NCBI RefSeq assembly: GCF_036321535.1
Contig: NC_087436.1
Span: 120,034,001-120,098,000, forward strand
Direction of reading: 5' to 3'
From: Camelus dromedarius
Taxonomy: Eukaryota
Length of the DNA stretch: 64,000 nucleotides
Each line of letters starts with the position of its first letter. The stretch's first letter is position 1. Positions 49,468-63,469 of the stretch are shown one piece after another. The notes under the pieces are model-generated. The model was given only the letters and a program-made list of their open reading frames with translations, was not told the DNA's origin and made no database searches. Both the position numbers and the translations under genes were made by a program.

Positions 49468-52105
49468 CGGGGCTCACTGGGGCCAGCCACCCAATGCGGA
49501 TTCACACAGTCAGAGGGTTTCCGACAGTTTACAGTACGGTTCATGCGGGTGGAAGGAAGACCTCAGATGGAGCAAACTGAATCTTCTGTGGCCAAGCCCC
49601 TCAACCTTGCTTCTTTCACAGGAGATTAAGAGTTGCTCTTTGGGGAAAAAAGCTGGGAATTTGCTGCACTTTCCTGAGTGACGTGTCCGAGGACAAACCT
49701 CTCCCTCCTCTTCCTGTGTAAAACGCAACTTCAGAAATACCCATTAGGTCACACAGCGTTGTCTTAGGAGAATAGTATTTCAATTACCACTCAAACCCAC
49801 CCTGGGGGCTACAGACCGCAGATCCCAAGCAGCTGGCTTTCCCATCTTCTCCTTTACTGGGAAATGCTTTTAAAAGGCAGCGCTGGCAAGGAGGGAGTGG
49901 GGGATGGCACAGTTGGTAAAAAGGAGAGAATGAGACCATCCACCTCCAGGAGGGGCTGAGCTGGGCTCCAGGAGGGCAGCACGAGTCTCCTCTGGGCCTG
50001 TCTGTCTCACGAGCCGCTGGTCCAAGGATCCAAGGATGGGGAGGACACGGAACACAGCAGAGAGCTGCACGCTGGGCAGACAAGGGCAGCCAAGGCCTGG
50101 GAGAGGCCCTCGACACAGGAGTGTCCCCTGGTCTGAAAGCGGGAACTCTAACGAGCTGGTCCTGCACCCTCAGGAGGATGGGGCCACGGGAAGACGAGCT
50201 GACGAGGGGGGCCGTGGGGAGGCTCTGGAGAGGCAGGGAAAGCCCTGGAGAATGTGGGGTCACAGACACAGAAAGCAGCGAGCAGTGCCCGGAGACACCC
50301 AGACCCAGGGAGGTGGGGGCTGAGGCATGTGAACGAAAGCAGTTCAGGGAGCAGGCCGACCACAGCGGGGGAGAGCAGTGGGCACACTGGACACATGGCA
50401 CACAGGACAGTGACCGCAGGGGATGTGGGGCTGAGGCAGAATCTTTTTAGGATGGAGCATCTTTCAATGCTTCGAGGAGGCAGGGGAGTTGCAGACACGG
50501 GAGAGAAGGTACGGTAGGAGAGAGTCAGATCCGGAGCTCAGAACCTCCACTCGGAGGGGATCCAAGGACGGCGATGCCCGCAGGTCCTCAGCTCTCTCCT
50601 GGGAAGTCAAGAGGCCACGGGGTCCACAGGCTTTCCTGCCTCCTGTCCACCTCTGACAAGGGTCACCAGGTGCCCCTGGGACAGATCCCTGCCCTGCATG
50701 GGCCAGCGCTCACTGCCCTGCTACCACTCTGGGTAGGACCGGCCTCCTTACGCCCTTGGTCCCCTGTTCTGTCGGATGCTGAGAAGCCTGCACCGTCCAT
50801 CGGCCCCAGGACTCTGGTTCCCTCCGCCCTCTTGCCTGCTGTACCACCCCACACAGCACTTATCAGGACCTGATGCGAGTGTGTTATGTGAAGCATCTGT
50901 GGCGTTCACTGTTGTGCGCCTGGAACTGTTTCCAGTACACAGAAGGGGCACAGAGTGCACATACATAATTCACCGAATGAATATGTATATACAAGCTCAT
51001 GAATACACAAATGAATGGACCGACACCTGCTTGGGCTCGGCCCTGTGCCCAGAGCTGTCTCACACTCGGTCCCACGCAGTAGGCAGTACCCTCACCCCCA
51101 GTCCACATATGGAACACTGAGGCCTAGAGAAGGGAGGTAACCTCTTCGCTCCCAGGGCCTGCTTTCCTAGCCACCCCACTCTGCTGTGCACAAGGGAACC
51201 TGGTCACATGGTTGGTGGTGTGGTGGTGGTGGTGGGAGCTCCCGCAGTGCGGCTGGAATTCACTCTGCCAAGCTAGGGGGAGACCATCCCCTGAAAGTGT
51301 CACTGGAGAGGGATGGGTGACCGGAGAAGGGAGAAGTTGTAAGATGGTCTCTGTGGGCAATGGGAGGACGAAGGGACCACTGCTGGGGGCGGTGAGGTGG
51401 GAGACAGGACCTCAGTGGTGCCACACGCCTATACACAGAACCTCTGCCCGGGTGTCCACCCCACGCTGTGGGAGGGGCCTCGGGGGCTTCAGCCGGGCTG
51501 GGCATCCTGCCAAGCGGTTGCTCGGGTGCTGGCCAGGCACGGGGAGGGGAGCAGCCGGGAGCAGGGCTGTGCTCTGAGGCAAGTCCCCTGGGCCTCCAGC
51601 TCCTCATCTGGGAACCAGAAGCCATCATGTCTGACTCACAAGGTAGCAAGGACTCGAGGGACAGCTTGTGAAAAGACAACAGCAAGTTCGCCAACGGGAG
51701 CGAGCGGCAGGTCACTGCAGGTGCTGACTTGTGTCCGCAAAGTGACTTCTGCTTGCCCCATTAGCTCCCGAGTTTACAGACCGTTTCACTCCGTCTCCCC
51801 TGCGCCTGGAGTAATTCTCAAGACACATGCAACATTTTATAAAAATTCGCTGCCTTTGATTAAGATTTCTACCTAACGAACTGGCAGCAAATTAGGACAC
51901 GGTTCAGAAGAGAAAAAGAACTGTACTTACTACAATCAGACTTTGCAAAGGGGTGGAAAACAGACTCACCACCTTTAAAAAAGTTCAGTGGAAAAGACAG
52001 GAGAGTGTGACGTAGTGAAGCTGAGACACAGCTGAGCAGTGTCTGCAGGGGACACAGGAGCCACGTCTGCAGTGCCGAAGCTGCGGGGGCGAGCGGCAGA
52101 CCCAC

Positions 52106-52296
52106 CTGCGGACTGGACGTCCCTGACTTGGGCTCGATGGCCAGCCCCAGGGTGATCCCGCCGGCCAGGGCCTTCTTCAGGCTCTCCTTGACCTCGGTCA
52201 GCTCCAGCTCCAGGTTGACGCGCTCCGTCTCCTTCTGCTTACACTCCTCCTCCAGCTTCTTCAACTTGTCCTCCAGGATCACCTGTGTCTTCCTGC
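52106..52296 (-). CDS. AFAP1: AFAP1 exon, actin-binding region: [64 protein letters not shown]
   Basis: atttcag acceptor, CAG|gtgggt donor; 191 nt. Confidence 0.95.
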
Positions 52297-53918
52297 CTGA
52301 AATCCCAGAGAAACGCTGCTGCTGCACCCGAGGGCCACGGCCCCAGGATAACCGAGGACAGACACCTGGTGCCCCTAAAAGGAGCTTGGTACAGCTTGGT
52401 GGGGGGATTGAGCGCCCCTGACGAGGGTCCTTCCTACAAAACTCAAACCCAGCTGTGCCTGAAAGGGCAGGGTCCTTTCCTAAGCGCTCTCCTTTGCTGC
52501 AGCTCAGCTGGAAGAGTACGGACCAGGAAGCACAGGGCGTGGGTTCTCATGGATTCTAGGAGTTCGGGGTCTGGGCCTCAATGGCCTCATGTTAAAGTGA
52601 GGAACTTGAACTAGACGGCTTCCGAAGGGGCCGCGGACTTGACAGGGCTGTGTTTCTGAGCCCTCACTCTCCTGCTAGTCACTCTCGGGTGGTCTTACTC
52701 GCCCCCACGGTCAAAGTACAACCTGCACCTCCCCAGAACGGGGCACGCGCTCTTTACTTATTTTGTCTGAAATGAGTTACAGGGACACAGGAAGGCAGCG
52801 GTGCGCCCACTGGACAGGTGAGACGACTGACTCCTTGGGGTAACCGACGTGTGCATGGGGCCCTGGCCTGGTGCCTGGCAGCATGTGAGTCTCTTTTCTG
52901 AGGCCAAGAGCTGGGCTGAGCTTTCTGCATCTTCACTATCCTGCAAACTGGAAACAAGGGAAAGAAGAAACCCCACTCCGCCTCGCTGCCCTGAAGGTGC
53001 CTACCCACCGCTCTGACTCGGTGTCTGCCCACTCCTGGGCAGCCTCTCCTGCCCCTCCTGCAGTTTGACTCGGGCCAGCTCAGCCCACACCTAGCCTCCC
53101 ATTCTTTAAACTCTGAAAGCACTTTCTTAAAAATCATCTGGGCACCAAGTCAGGAAAGGCTGGAACTGCTGACTGTGCGCCGACTCCTCACCGCACAGGA
53201 GGGAGCCGGGAGCCGCTGGGAAGCAGGTGCTTCCTCTTGGGACCATCCTGGTCTCTGCACCGGCACTCCCTCCTCCTTGCCCTCCAAGGCCCAAAACACT
53301 GAAAGCTACAGAGTCAGTCTTGCCCCAGGGTAAGACTCAGTCTTGCACTGAAACTTTGTCTAGTCAAGCAGCTCCCTAGCCCCTGCCAGCAAGAACAGAC
53401 AGGCCTGACCCAGACACAGGGCCCCAGTCCTTACTGGGTGACTGTCTTTACCCTTTTCCTCTCAGAGGGTTGTCAGTCCCCTAACCTGACCTCTTCCCCT
53501 GGTTCCGTCCATGAATCTGACACTACCGTGCTCTCACAGTTCCTTCTCAGGGAACCGAGGGCCCCTTCTGCCCATACAGAGACCTCCCACCTGGACTTCT
53601 GAATATTACCTGTCCTCCTGCTGAGAACCCCATCTTCCAGTGACCAGAAACTCCTGACCCCTAAGGCTCTTGTGTCAGACGATCTCTGCTGTCAGCTCCG
53701 GGGCCGACCCCGCCTCAGCCCGCAGTTGAGGGCCACCCTGGCCTCCGGCCTGTTCTGTTGTTGCACCTGCCCGGGGCTGACCAGCAATGCTTCCACAGTG
53801 CAAGAAGCACGGCATGGGGTGACTGAGTCTTAATGAGGCTCAGGCCCTGTGGGCAGAGCAGGATGAAACCTGCCTGGACTTGAACACAAGTTGGTGCGTG
53901 CCCCGCCCCGCCCCGTAC

Positions 53919-54083
53919 CCGTGTTGACTTCGATGGCCGCCCTCAGGCCCTTCCTCTCCTTCCGGAGCTGGGCCAGCCTGTCCCGCAGGCCTTCCCTCCT
54001 CTTCAGCAGCTCCTCCTCCTTGGCCTGCAGCCGCTTGGCATCAGCTTCAACCCGGTTCTTGCCGTATTTGTACTGGTCAGCAT
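53919..54083 (-). CDS. AFAP1: AFAP1 exon, coiled coil: [55 protein letters not shown]
   Basis: ttttttttgggcaag acceptor, G|gtacgg donor; 165 nt, phase 1-1. Confidence 0.93.
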
Positions 54084-56985
54084 CTTGCCCAAAAAAAAGC
54101 ATCAATAGGAGATTAGGTTTAACCAAGTAGGCGACAGCCCGTTCGATCAGCCGACACAGTAACACAAGCCCGAAGCTGGCTGTTGTGCTGAACAGCCAGA
54201 AAGCGCACAGGGCAGGCTCGAGCTGAGCAGCGAAGTGACTGGTTCAGATTACCCAATACTCTTTGAAACAAATTTTAAAAATGAAAACAGAATCTGAGGA
54301 AATTCCCTTAATGCCTCCCTTGGAGGCACGCACCTTAGAATCTTCAGTAAGGTGGAGAGTGAAGATGCCAACCAGACTGGCCAAGGCTCACGAGTTCACA
54401 GCTCCTGGCCATCAGCCGCTCACCCCGATGACGACTTGAAGGCCTCGGGGACCTCCCGCTCCTCTGTGGGCTCACACCCCCAGCACCCGTGGTTGTTTAT
54501 TCGCATGCCTGACTCCCTTGCTAGACTAGGAGCACTTCTGGGGTGACGCCGTGGAGGGCGGCATCACAGTTCGCAAGACAGGCAATGGACCCAAGACAGG
54601 GATTCCGGACAAACAATGAATTTCCCACAGCCCCAGCGTCACCCTCCATGGAGCAGGAGCAGTGAGGTCTGCTCTGTGGGCGTCAAAGAAACCAACTTGA
54701 TGCATGACCCTAAAACCCATCTAACATGACCGTGTGATGCCTGGGCCGTGGTAGGCATAAGCTTAGATCTGTCAGGGATAACGGAGCCCCGAGAACCCTG
54801 TCCACTCAGACAATGGTGAGCCATTCCTAGCGTCTGTCCTAAATGCCCAATTCACCAATTCCCGCCAGGCAAACCATCGTGACTGCAATGAGAACCTCAC
54901 TTACGAAGGCAGGCACACAGCCATCACTCCCCACTCAACCTCCCCCCTCACCGAAAACCGACCAACCCCACACAGTGAAATGAAAAGGCTCGCAGCGTAA
55001 GGCTGAGCAAACCAACAACCTGAGACTAAGGCGCTGCCCTAGTGGCTTGGCTAACCACACGTTTTACAAACAGAGCAAGCTCCAAACTCCACTTTTCCTC
55101 ATCTGAGATGCTCCCGACAAACCTACATGCGGTAACCGACAGCCGTCCGCACCTTCTGGTCCGCGTGCAGTAAGCCACATCCAGTCTATAAAGCAACTGG
55201 CTCAACTCAGCAAAAACACAGAATGCAACTATTTTTCTCTTTTTTCTTCATTAGATGTCACCAAAGTTACTAAAAATTCCTACAGAAGGACTCAGATAAT
55301 AAAGGAATGAATCATCTAGGAAATAAAATCAGCCCAGGTGCTGAGACGGACGCTACACGGAGCCCGAGCTTCCTGTTGAGTCAGGCCTCGCACGACAAAG
55401 CTCTGCAGGCCCGTTACTCCCTCCCCTACCTGCCCCTTTCCAAATGGACGACACTAAAATTCTAAGTGAATGTAAGTACACCCGACTGCATGAGGGAGAT
55501 GAGATTTGCCAGAAAAGTAAGGTCGAAATAAGCTGCACGCAGCACAAATCAGGGTGATGAGGGTTTGGCCCCGCTGGCTGCTGGGAGGTGTGTTTGGGGA
55601 GGAGGGAGAGCAGGTGAGCGTCTGTGAAGAAGGCACACACTTCCCTGGGGCAGAAGCAGGGAGCACCGTCCAACAAGACTGGGGCCCGTCCACGGGAGAG
55701 GCTGAGGAAGAAGCCCTCTCCATCCGCCTCGTGTGCTCTCCGACTCCGAAATCCCATCACCGTGCAGACAGGAGGCTGGCACACTGGGCACGGTGCCGCC
55801 TGGTGTGCAGGCTGCTGCCTGGAGCCGCCAGCCTAGTCTTCGTAGGCAAGGGGCCGGCTCTACCAGCTGCACGGAGCCAGGCTCATAAGGTGTGGATGCG
55901 GCTTCCCCAGCGGTCACGTCAAACTCACATTCCCATCTACCTCCTATCTCTCACCCCAAGACCCCCTGAACTGGGGGGAGCCGGTGCCATGGCCTGTCCA
56001 GCCTGTCTGCGTGTGCGCCCCTTGGTGAGATGGAGCCTCCTCGAAGAGACTGCTCTCCCATCCTTGCAGCCAGCAAGGAGCAGAGAGCCAGGGTGAACAA
56101 GCCCCACCGGGGGGTGAGGAACAAAGGCACATCTATCCAACACGAGCAAACACAACTGCACACAGATTGCAATATCACCCTGGCTTCCTGTAGCTGCAGA
56201 TCAGGAGGGATGCTCTGGCGGGCTGCCTTGCACTCAAGTCTTGCTGCTTCTCTCCGCTCAGTCCGGACCCTGCCAGATCTGGAGTCTGAAAACCTGGTCC
56301 TCACTCTGGTTCTGCTACCTGCCGGCTGTGAGGCCTCAGAGAAGCCGTGTCACTTCTCTGAGATTATGTCTACATTGCAGATGGGGCGGATGATACTACC
56401 CTGGTCAGGTGGCCGTGGAGACTGCAGAGGAGGGTATAAGCTGCGGCTGAGCTGGCCGAAGACTAGAAGGCACTGCAGGGGCAGGATCTCCTCATAAACC
56501 CGTGTGTTTTCTCTTGCTCTGAGGTGTGTGTGTTACCCCGATTATTTTGATCACAGGAACCACAGCAGACACTCGTCTACGTCTTTAACATGTGGAAGCT
56601 GAGTTCAGAGAGTTTACATGACTCAACCCAAGTCACTGCCAGCAGCAGATCAGGGACACAAACCGAGGTGTCCTGACCCAAAGCTGTGAGCAGCCCTGCC
56701 ACCTGCACCCACGACGACCTCATACTTGAATGTGCTTAACCACGCCTGCAGTTAACAGCCCAGCTCTGCTGATCTTTTTATGTACAACCGTCCTAAAAGC
56801 TGGGTTAAAAATCCTGGCCCTTCTTAATGCAGCAAACCAGGATGGGTGAGGCAGCACGTGGTTCCGTCTCTCCAGCGGGCCCCAACCCGGGCATCTCCGC
56901 CTGAGCAGCGGAGGGGATGGCCCCAGCCCCAGCTCTGCAAACAGCACCTCAAGCGAGAACGCAGGGCACCGAGAGACACACTTAC

Positions 56986-57100
56986 TTGAAGGTGTCCGCT
57001 TCACGCCAGCGGCCGAATCGGCTTTTTTCTGCTGACTGCTCAGTGTCTTGCCTTTTCCTGGAACCCCGTTGGATGCCACGGGAGGCTTTTTACCCTTCAG
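56986..57100 (-). CDS. AFAP1: AFAP1 exon: LKGKKPPVASNGVPGKGKTLSSQQKKADSAAGVKRTPS
   Basis: tttcgacag acceptor, A|gtaagt donor; 115 nt. Confidence 0.93.
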
Positions 57101-57920
57101 CTGTCGAAATAAACATATGCGAAAATTGAAAACAGACAAAAACCTTGGGCTTTTTTGTAGTAAATGGTTTCAGTCTCTGACTCTTGAAGTAGAAACTATC
57201 ACAGACAGAAAAAAATGTGGACAGCAGAAAACCAGTGTGGTTTCCCAGCACTGGACTGCTGACACCTCCCCAGAGCAGCTAAGGAGTAGAAGTTCTAGCA
57301 CCGAGGCTCAGAGCGAGTGCGGGACACCTGGATGTCTTCGGTTGGGACGCACCAAAAGTTACCTTTTCCTACCGGGAGGTCAATTATGCCGATCAAGAAA
57401 CTGGCACGGGCAGCGGGCAGCTGAGGGCATTCGGCTGAGATGACTGAAAGTCTGTTTCCAGAGACACACAGCTTTTATTTTGGTGGAAAGCTCTTTAGCG
57501 GAGCAGCAGGACTGAGCACTTAGGAGTCCAACTGCCAGGGGTTATGTTGCGTCCTAACTGGGTAAATAGCTGCCTTCCGAGTCACTGACGGGCTGAGGGA
57601 GGATGCACAGGCAGCAAAACACAGCGACAGCGTGGCCCAGGTGTTAACGAACCGCAGGGTTAAAAGATTCAGCAAGGCCCCCGCTTCTTTGCTGCAAGCC
57701 AACGGGTGCTGCATTTTGCTTAAGTGTGTGTGCGCCTCAGCTGGATGGCGGGAGCTGCCTGTGGACGTCCCAGCCGGGCCGCCCCGCTGTCCCCGCTGCT
57801 TCCTGCCGTGGGCCTGGGCTTGCGGAGCTTCAAATTCTGGCTCCATCACTTGGGAGACGCTGAGCAAATCACTAAAACTTCCTGAGCCTCTGTGGGCTCA
57901 TTTAAAAATATAAGGATAAT

Positions 57921-58059
57921 GGGGGGAAGGGTAGAGCTCAGTGGTCGAGCACGTGCTTAGCATGCACGAGGTCCTGAGTTCAATTCCCAGTACCTCCATG
58001 ACATACATAAACACATCTCATTACCCTCCCCAAAAAACTCCAATAAAATAAAAAAAAAA
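57921..58059 (+). mobile_element. vic-1-like tRNA(Ala)-derived SINE (camelid), inserted into a MIR
   Basis: gggtagagctcagtggtcgagcacgtgcttagcatgcacgaggtcctgagttcaattcccagtacctcca with A/B boxes, then attaccctcccc and an A-rich tail; MIR-like sequence on both sides. Confidence 0.8.
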
Positions 58060-59482
58060 CTGTCATTAAATGAGTGAATCAGTGTAAAAGCACAAAGATA
58101 CTGATGCCTCCCACAGGCTTCCTAAACAGGTTAAATGACACACCACACACCTAGAGCACACGTACTGTGGGTGTGCAGGACGTGTGAGCTCTCTCCATTA
58201 AATAGCAGGTCCCCAATTCAAATGGCCGAATGAGGACAGGAAAACTAAAGGTGCTATAATTCAACTTGCAAATGTGTGTCCTACTTAAAGCAAAACAAAA
58301 AAGAATGAAAAGCAAACACACATAAACCTTATATCAAATGATTCTGAACTAATCTGGGGACAATCCAAACATACAAGATAGCATATTTTGCCCCATAATT
58401 TTTACTGAAGGGAACTCTAATACCAATAAAAAGTCAAAAATACACCACCAGATATGCATTCACTTAGTAGGTGAACCGTGTGACCTACCAGACCTTTTAC
58501 AGAAGGACTCATAAAAAAGCCAGGAGGCCGTGGCCCCCACGTCTGACGACACAGCTGCCTGGGCCCCTCAGACTCACTGAATCACAGTCTCCAACTGTTG
58601 TTAAAAATGAAAAACAAAAATCTTCCCATGTGATCGTGAAGAAAACTTCATTTGGAAGAGCTGCTATGAGCCATCACACCCTGAGATTCTAGGATCTTAC
58701 TTGGCATTCATTACTTTCTTAAGATTACCCCCCCCCCAAAAAAAAATGGAGGGAAAAGAAAGTAATTTAAAACGTGACCATCTGCTTTATGTTGGTAGAG
58801 CACTCCTCCACATGGTGCTTAGATCTTCGTGCAAAGCACAAAAAAATTCCTAGGTTGAAATGCATGAAAACGCAGAATTAACACTTATACGGAGATGTTG
58901 CCACAGGCAGGAGGCGTGGGATGGACAGTAGTTCAAAATCAAGGTCATTTACCGTTCAACAAATCCTTACTGTCTGGCTGGCTGTAGGGAGTACACTTGA
59001 GTACTTACTCATTATGGAAAAACATCATGGTTCTCTGAATAACCCTATTTAAGGTGTAAAGACTGAAAAGCAGTTACCACGTGGAGTCCACCACTCCCCA
59101 TTTACATGAAACAGAAACACAGGAAAGGAACTTGCAGCTCAAAAATCTTCTGAAAACTTGTCCTGTCCCTATCCTCTTTCAAATCTTTGCCTTTAATTGG
59201 CATAATTTATGAAATCCACTGGGGAATTTTCCAGGAATGGAAAGAGGGCCAGGCAAAGAAATACAGCACACAAACTGGGAACTAGCTAGGCATATTTAAT
59301 CCGTTCCTGGGTGGCCAAACATTGATTGCATTTGAAATTCTATTCTAGTCGAAGAGGAAATCACACCCATCCTTGAGAAGTCTCACTGACCACAAGCTGG
59401 TGAATACACTGTCCTTGCAAAACCCTGCCGGAGGATCATGGCTTAAGGGGGTTCTAGAAGAAGACAGACTGGGGTGCCGTAC

Positions 59483-59749
59483 CTGGGAGCTGAGCCCGAG
59501 AGATGCCCTCCCCAGAGAAGAGGTGTTAGTGACAGACGGGGAGGAGGGCAGGCTGCAGGAGGCAGGGTGTCTGTAATGGTTACGAGACAGGCCGTCAGCG
59601 GGCGGCCTAGAAGCCCTCCTGGCAGCAGGCGGGCAGCGCGCAAAGATTTTCGGGGACGGCAAGTTATCGTACAGGACCGCGGGATCGCAGGGCGCCTCTT
59701 CTCCCGGGCCTCCGCCACCGGGCGCAGGAAAGCCGCCGTCAGGTTCCCA
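59483..59749 (-). CDS. AFAP1: AFAP1 alternative neural-insert (NINS / AFAP-120) cassette exon, 89 aa: WEPDGGFP...LYDNLPSPKIFAR...SVTNTSSLGRASLGLSSQ
   Basis: 267 nt, phase 0-0; gtgtgttgcag acceptor with cactaac branch point; CAG|gtacgg donor; resembles the known AFAP-120 insert. Confidence 0.88.
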
Positions 59750-62700
59750 CTGCAACACACACAGCCTCGCCGTTAGTGCCGCGGCCGCAGAGTGCAAAGC
59801 GGGGCGAGATGTTGTTAGCAAGCACCCCGAAAGCACGTCCACGCTCCCCCCCCCAGCCGTTACCAATGAAACACACACATGAGCAGGTGGGCTGATTCAA
59901 AAGAAGGCTCTCCCTGCGGGGCTTAAGGAAAGGGTTATTTTTCTGTTCCCAGGGTCATCAGCTTATGATATTTTTGCTTTGTTCTGTTTTTTTTTTTTTT
60001 AAAGTACCCAAAAAAAAGAAAGAAAGATTGGACATTTCTTTTTCCAAAGAACCGGATTTCAGAAGTCCTCCTAATCCAGAGGCAGAAGCAGTGTGGTGTC
60101 GGGAAAGGAAGGCTGGCTGGGGGCCCCGGAGACCCAGAGCTCTGGCTCCACCGAGAAGATGCGCTGAGATCCCAGCAAAGCGCTTTATTTTATTTCACAG
60201 TAATACTGACTCATATAATTCTTTCTCACAGGAATCTTATTAAGCTGGGGGAGCCGAAGCAAGAGGTCCCTGAGCTCAGGCTGCTTCTGGGCCGCCGGGA
60301 GGATGAGGGCTCGGGTCAGACCACCTGGGCCTGCCGTGCGCACATCGGGGCCTGAGGTCTGTGGGTGGCTGTCTGCCTGCCCTCGTGTGCCACACTCGGT
60401 GAGGCCGGAAGAAAGTGCAGTAACCGAAAAACAGTCTGTGAAAAGAAAGAAATCAAACCATCCTAGAAAACAGGATGTTTCAAAATATAGTGGCTATAAT
60501 GGCATTGCGTGAGTGGAAAGTCTTTTTATGAAGGATTAAAATAGCTACAAGCCACTTTAGAACATGGACATTAAAGCATAAACTAAAACCCAAACTAACA
60601 ACCACCGCCAGATTCTTTTAAGTTTTAAAGGTCTTTATAAATTGCTTTGCATTTTAAAAAAGAGAGAAAATATTAATTCATAGACTATACTTATTTTACT
60701 CTATTTTTATACCCTTCTTGCCGGGTTCCTTTCTGCCAGAATGTAATTGCAGCCTTTTGTTATAAAAATAGAAAAAGTTTAAACTTTCACAGCAGGCGTG
60801 TGTTAATTCCTTCGCCATCACTTCAGTGTGTCTACTTTTGTGATGCCGGGGACCCGTCTACAACCTAAAAATAATGGCACACGGAGGCAGGGAAACCTGG
60901 GTATGAGTGTTTCATAATGGCAACCCAGCATTATCTGTTTGCCCAGAGTTATTAAGGCGGTCAGTCCAACTAAAGAGTCATTTTCCTAAAATACTGAAGG
61001 ATTAAGTCACTTGGAAGAAAACAGGAAGAAGCACGTGTGTGCCTGTCGGAGGTGGCTTTGGAGATTCCCTCTTACCCTGCTTCAGGTGCCGGGGGAATGC
61101 TGAGTGGGCGAGAGTTCCTGGAGCTGAAACACTGCTAAAACGTCAGGTGTTAGGTCAGAAGTATGAGATTTATAAAACCGAGATGTGAAGGCTCCCCCAG
61201 GAGACAGGGCCCGGGAAAGGAGCCCAGCAGGGAGAACGGTAGTTTGAAGAGAGGCCTGAACTTGCAGGACGCCCTTACTAAGCAGGGGAGCCGCGCTGCT
61301 GTGCACAGGAAGCCGCATCTTCACCACCTCTCTTGCACGCCCGGCGATGCACGTGCAGACACGACTCCCAGGCGCAGAGCCTTCGAAAACGGCAGCTTTT
61401 TATTTCTAACCTGTTTAAGCCGTAAACGACCTAAAGGAAGCTCTTTCCTGGGGGTGCCTGAACCCGCATAATATAAACGGGAACGACAGATGGTGGAACC
61501 AGACCAGTGTCTGTGCAGGTCCGTGCTTTCTCTAAACTGCTCGGCCCACCTAGGTAGGGGAGAAACCCTAGGCGGAGAGGCACACGAGCGGGCCTTCGGG
61601 CAGGGAGACGGAGAGACAGGAGTGTGTGGTGTCTTTCCCAAACAGGTGGAGCCGAGACCCAAAGCCCAGAGGAGCAGCTGGTCCTGGGAGGGTGAGCTCG
61701 GCAGCTGGGTCCACGATGAGGGGCGGGCTCTGCCAAGACTCACTGGTGCTGCTCAAAGTGAGCGGAGGCCAAGAGCTGGGGCCACCCAGGTGCACAGTGG
61801 CCAGGAAAAGGCTGGGGGACGGGCTGGCACCTGCTCCTGTAAGGGCCACCGTGGGCCCTCCCCGGGGGCGTGGCTCCCACGAGCCTCTCCGCTGTTGCTG
61901 GAGTGGGTGCTGGAGCCCCCAACACTGGAGACCCCATGGCAAAGGTGGTGGGGGGACTGGGGGACAAGAAGGTCCAACTGGGCCTCGTGTGAATCTTCTT
62001 GTGGGAGGGGATTCGTCTCCCACCCACTCCAGACCCAGAAAGGACCCCACCTGATGGACTTGCTGCTCGGATGGGATTTCAAAGCCTGCCTGCCCCCCCA
62101 ACACCCAGACCTCCCACGGGGCCCCAGTTCATCTTAATCTGCCCTTGACCACACCCCTACCTAGCCAGCCGGCCCTTCCTCCCCCTCCCCTTTCTCCTCC
62201 CACTAGATGGGGAGGCCCTCTGAGGACACAGGCACCATCTTATCCATTCTGTTCTCAATCCCTAGCACAGTGCCTGGACCCCAGGAGACACCCAGAAAAT
62301 AAGGAAGGAAATGGGGGGGAGAGGGAGGGCAGGAAGAAGGTGAGGAGGGAAAGGGGTGGGCTGTGTGCTGAGGGGAAGTTCTTTTTTAATCAAGCAGCCG
62401 ATGGACAGACTGCTCCCCTGGCAGGACCTGCAAGGTGGTCTCGTCACGGCGGCAGGAGGTGAGTGACCAGAGGAGGGCCCAGGGCTGGATGTCCCGGACC
62501 CGGACTATGTGTCATCATCGTTCGCTATTACCTGGCTGCTGTTTCTGACCCAGACCACAATAACCTGATTATCAGTTTGCTTCTATCCCTGAGCTCCAGG
62601 AGTCCTGACCCCCTCTCACTCCACTTGAGAAGGCAGTGGTCTGCTGGGTCCTGCTTTGGGCAGGTGTGGCCTTGTTATGATGGTAACAGGGAGCTGACTG

Positions 62701-63469
62701 ATAATGTCCATTGAAATAATGGACAAAAGAGTAATAAGCCAGACAGTAAGAAAATACTCTACCTCCCAAGTTTGAAAAAATCACCGTAGACATGCTCCAT
62801 GCCTACCTTGCAAACAAACACAGAGGCCAATTTAAAATCCACCCGATACTGGGAGAGAAACTGGCAGAATGGCTTCTCGTGCGCCCCTTCACAAGCCTGC
62901 TGCCTCTGAAGGCCTCGTCTTCGCCCAGAGCGGGGTGTGGAGTTTGGCCCGCAGGAGAGGGTGCTCAGTCAACGGGTGTGAGATGAATATGATGGAGACA
63001 CAGCGAAACAAATGTTCACCGAATCCCACATCGGACACAAAATCCTGAGACAGATCCCCAAACTGCTGAGGCCAAACAGGCCCAGGAGGCTAGTCTAATT
63101 CCAAAGCCGTCGCTAACCATCTCCGGTATTCACATATGACATATGCACCGCCCCGGATGGGGTGGCGGGTGCCATGTCCCAGTTACCCTAAGTCCACCAT
63201 GCGGAGGAGGGAGGGTGTCTGGAGGTGGCAGTAGGGTTGTCACCCCCGGCACCGGTTCCTTTCTGATGGTGTTGAATTAATGGACCGACACGAATGACAA
63301 ACCGTCTACCTGCTTGTTCAAACACAGATAGAGATGAACAGCGAGTCAGAATCGAGGGCAGGAGACGAGGGACGGAGTTTTCATCTTAAAGCCTTCCCTC
63401 ACTCGGGCTGAGAGGAGGGGTGGCAGCCTCGGACGCTCCCGGGCGGCTGCGCGGCCGCAGGGCACTCAC

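Noticed and set aside
36000..55000. Ortholog of the lncRNA AFAP1-AS1
   Set aside because: Cannot be supported from sequence alone; only a candidate LTR promoter is noted.
57921..57998. tRNA-Ala(AGC) gene
   Set aside because: Mismatched stems, a SINE tail and insertion within a MIR indicate a tRNA-derived SINE.
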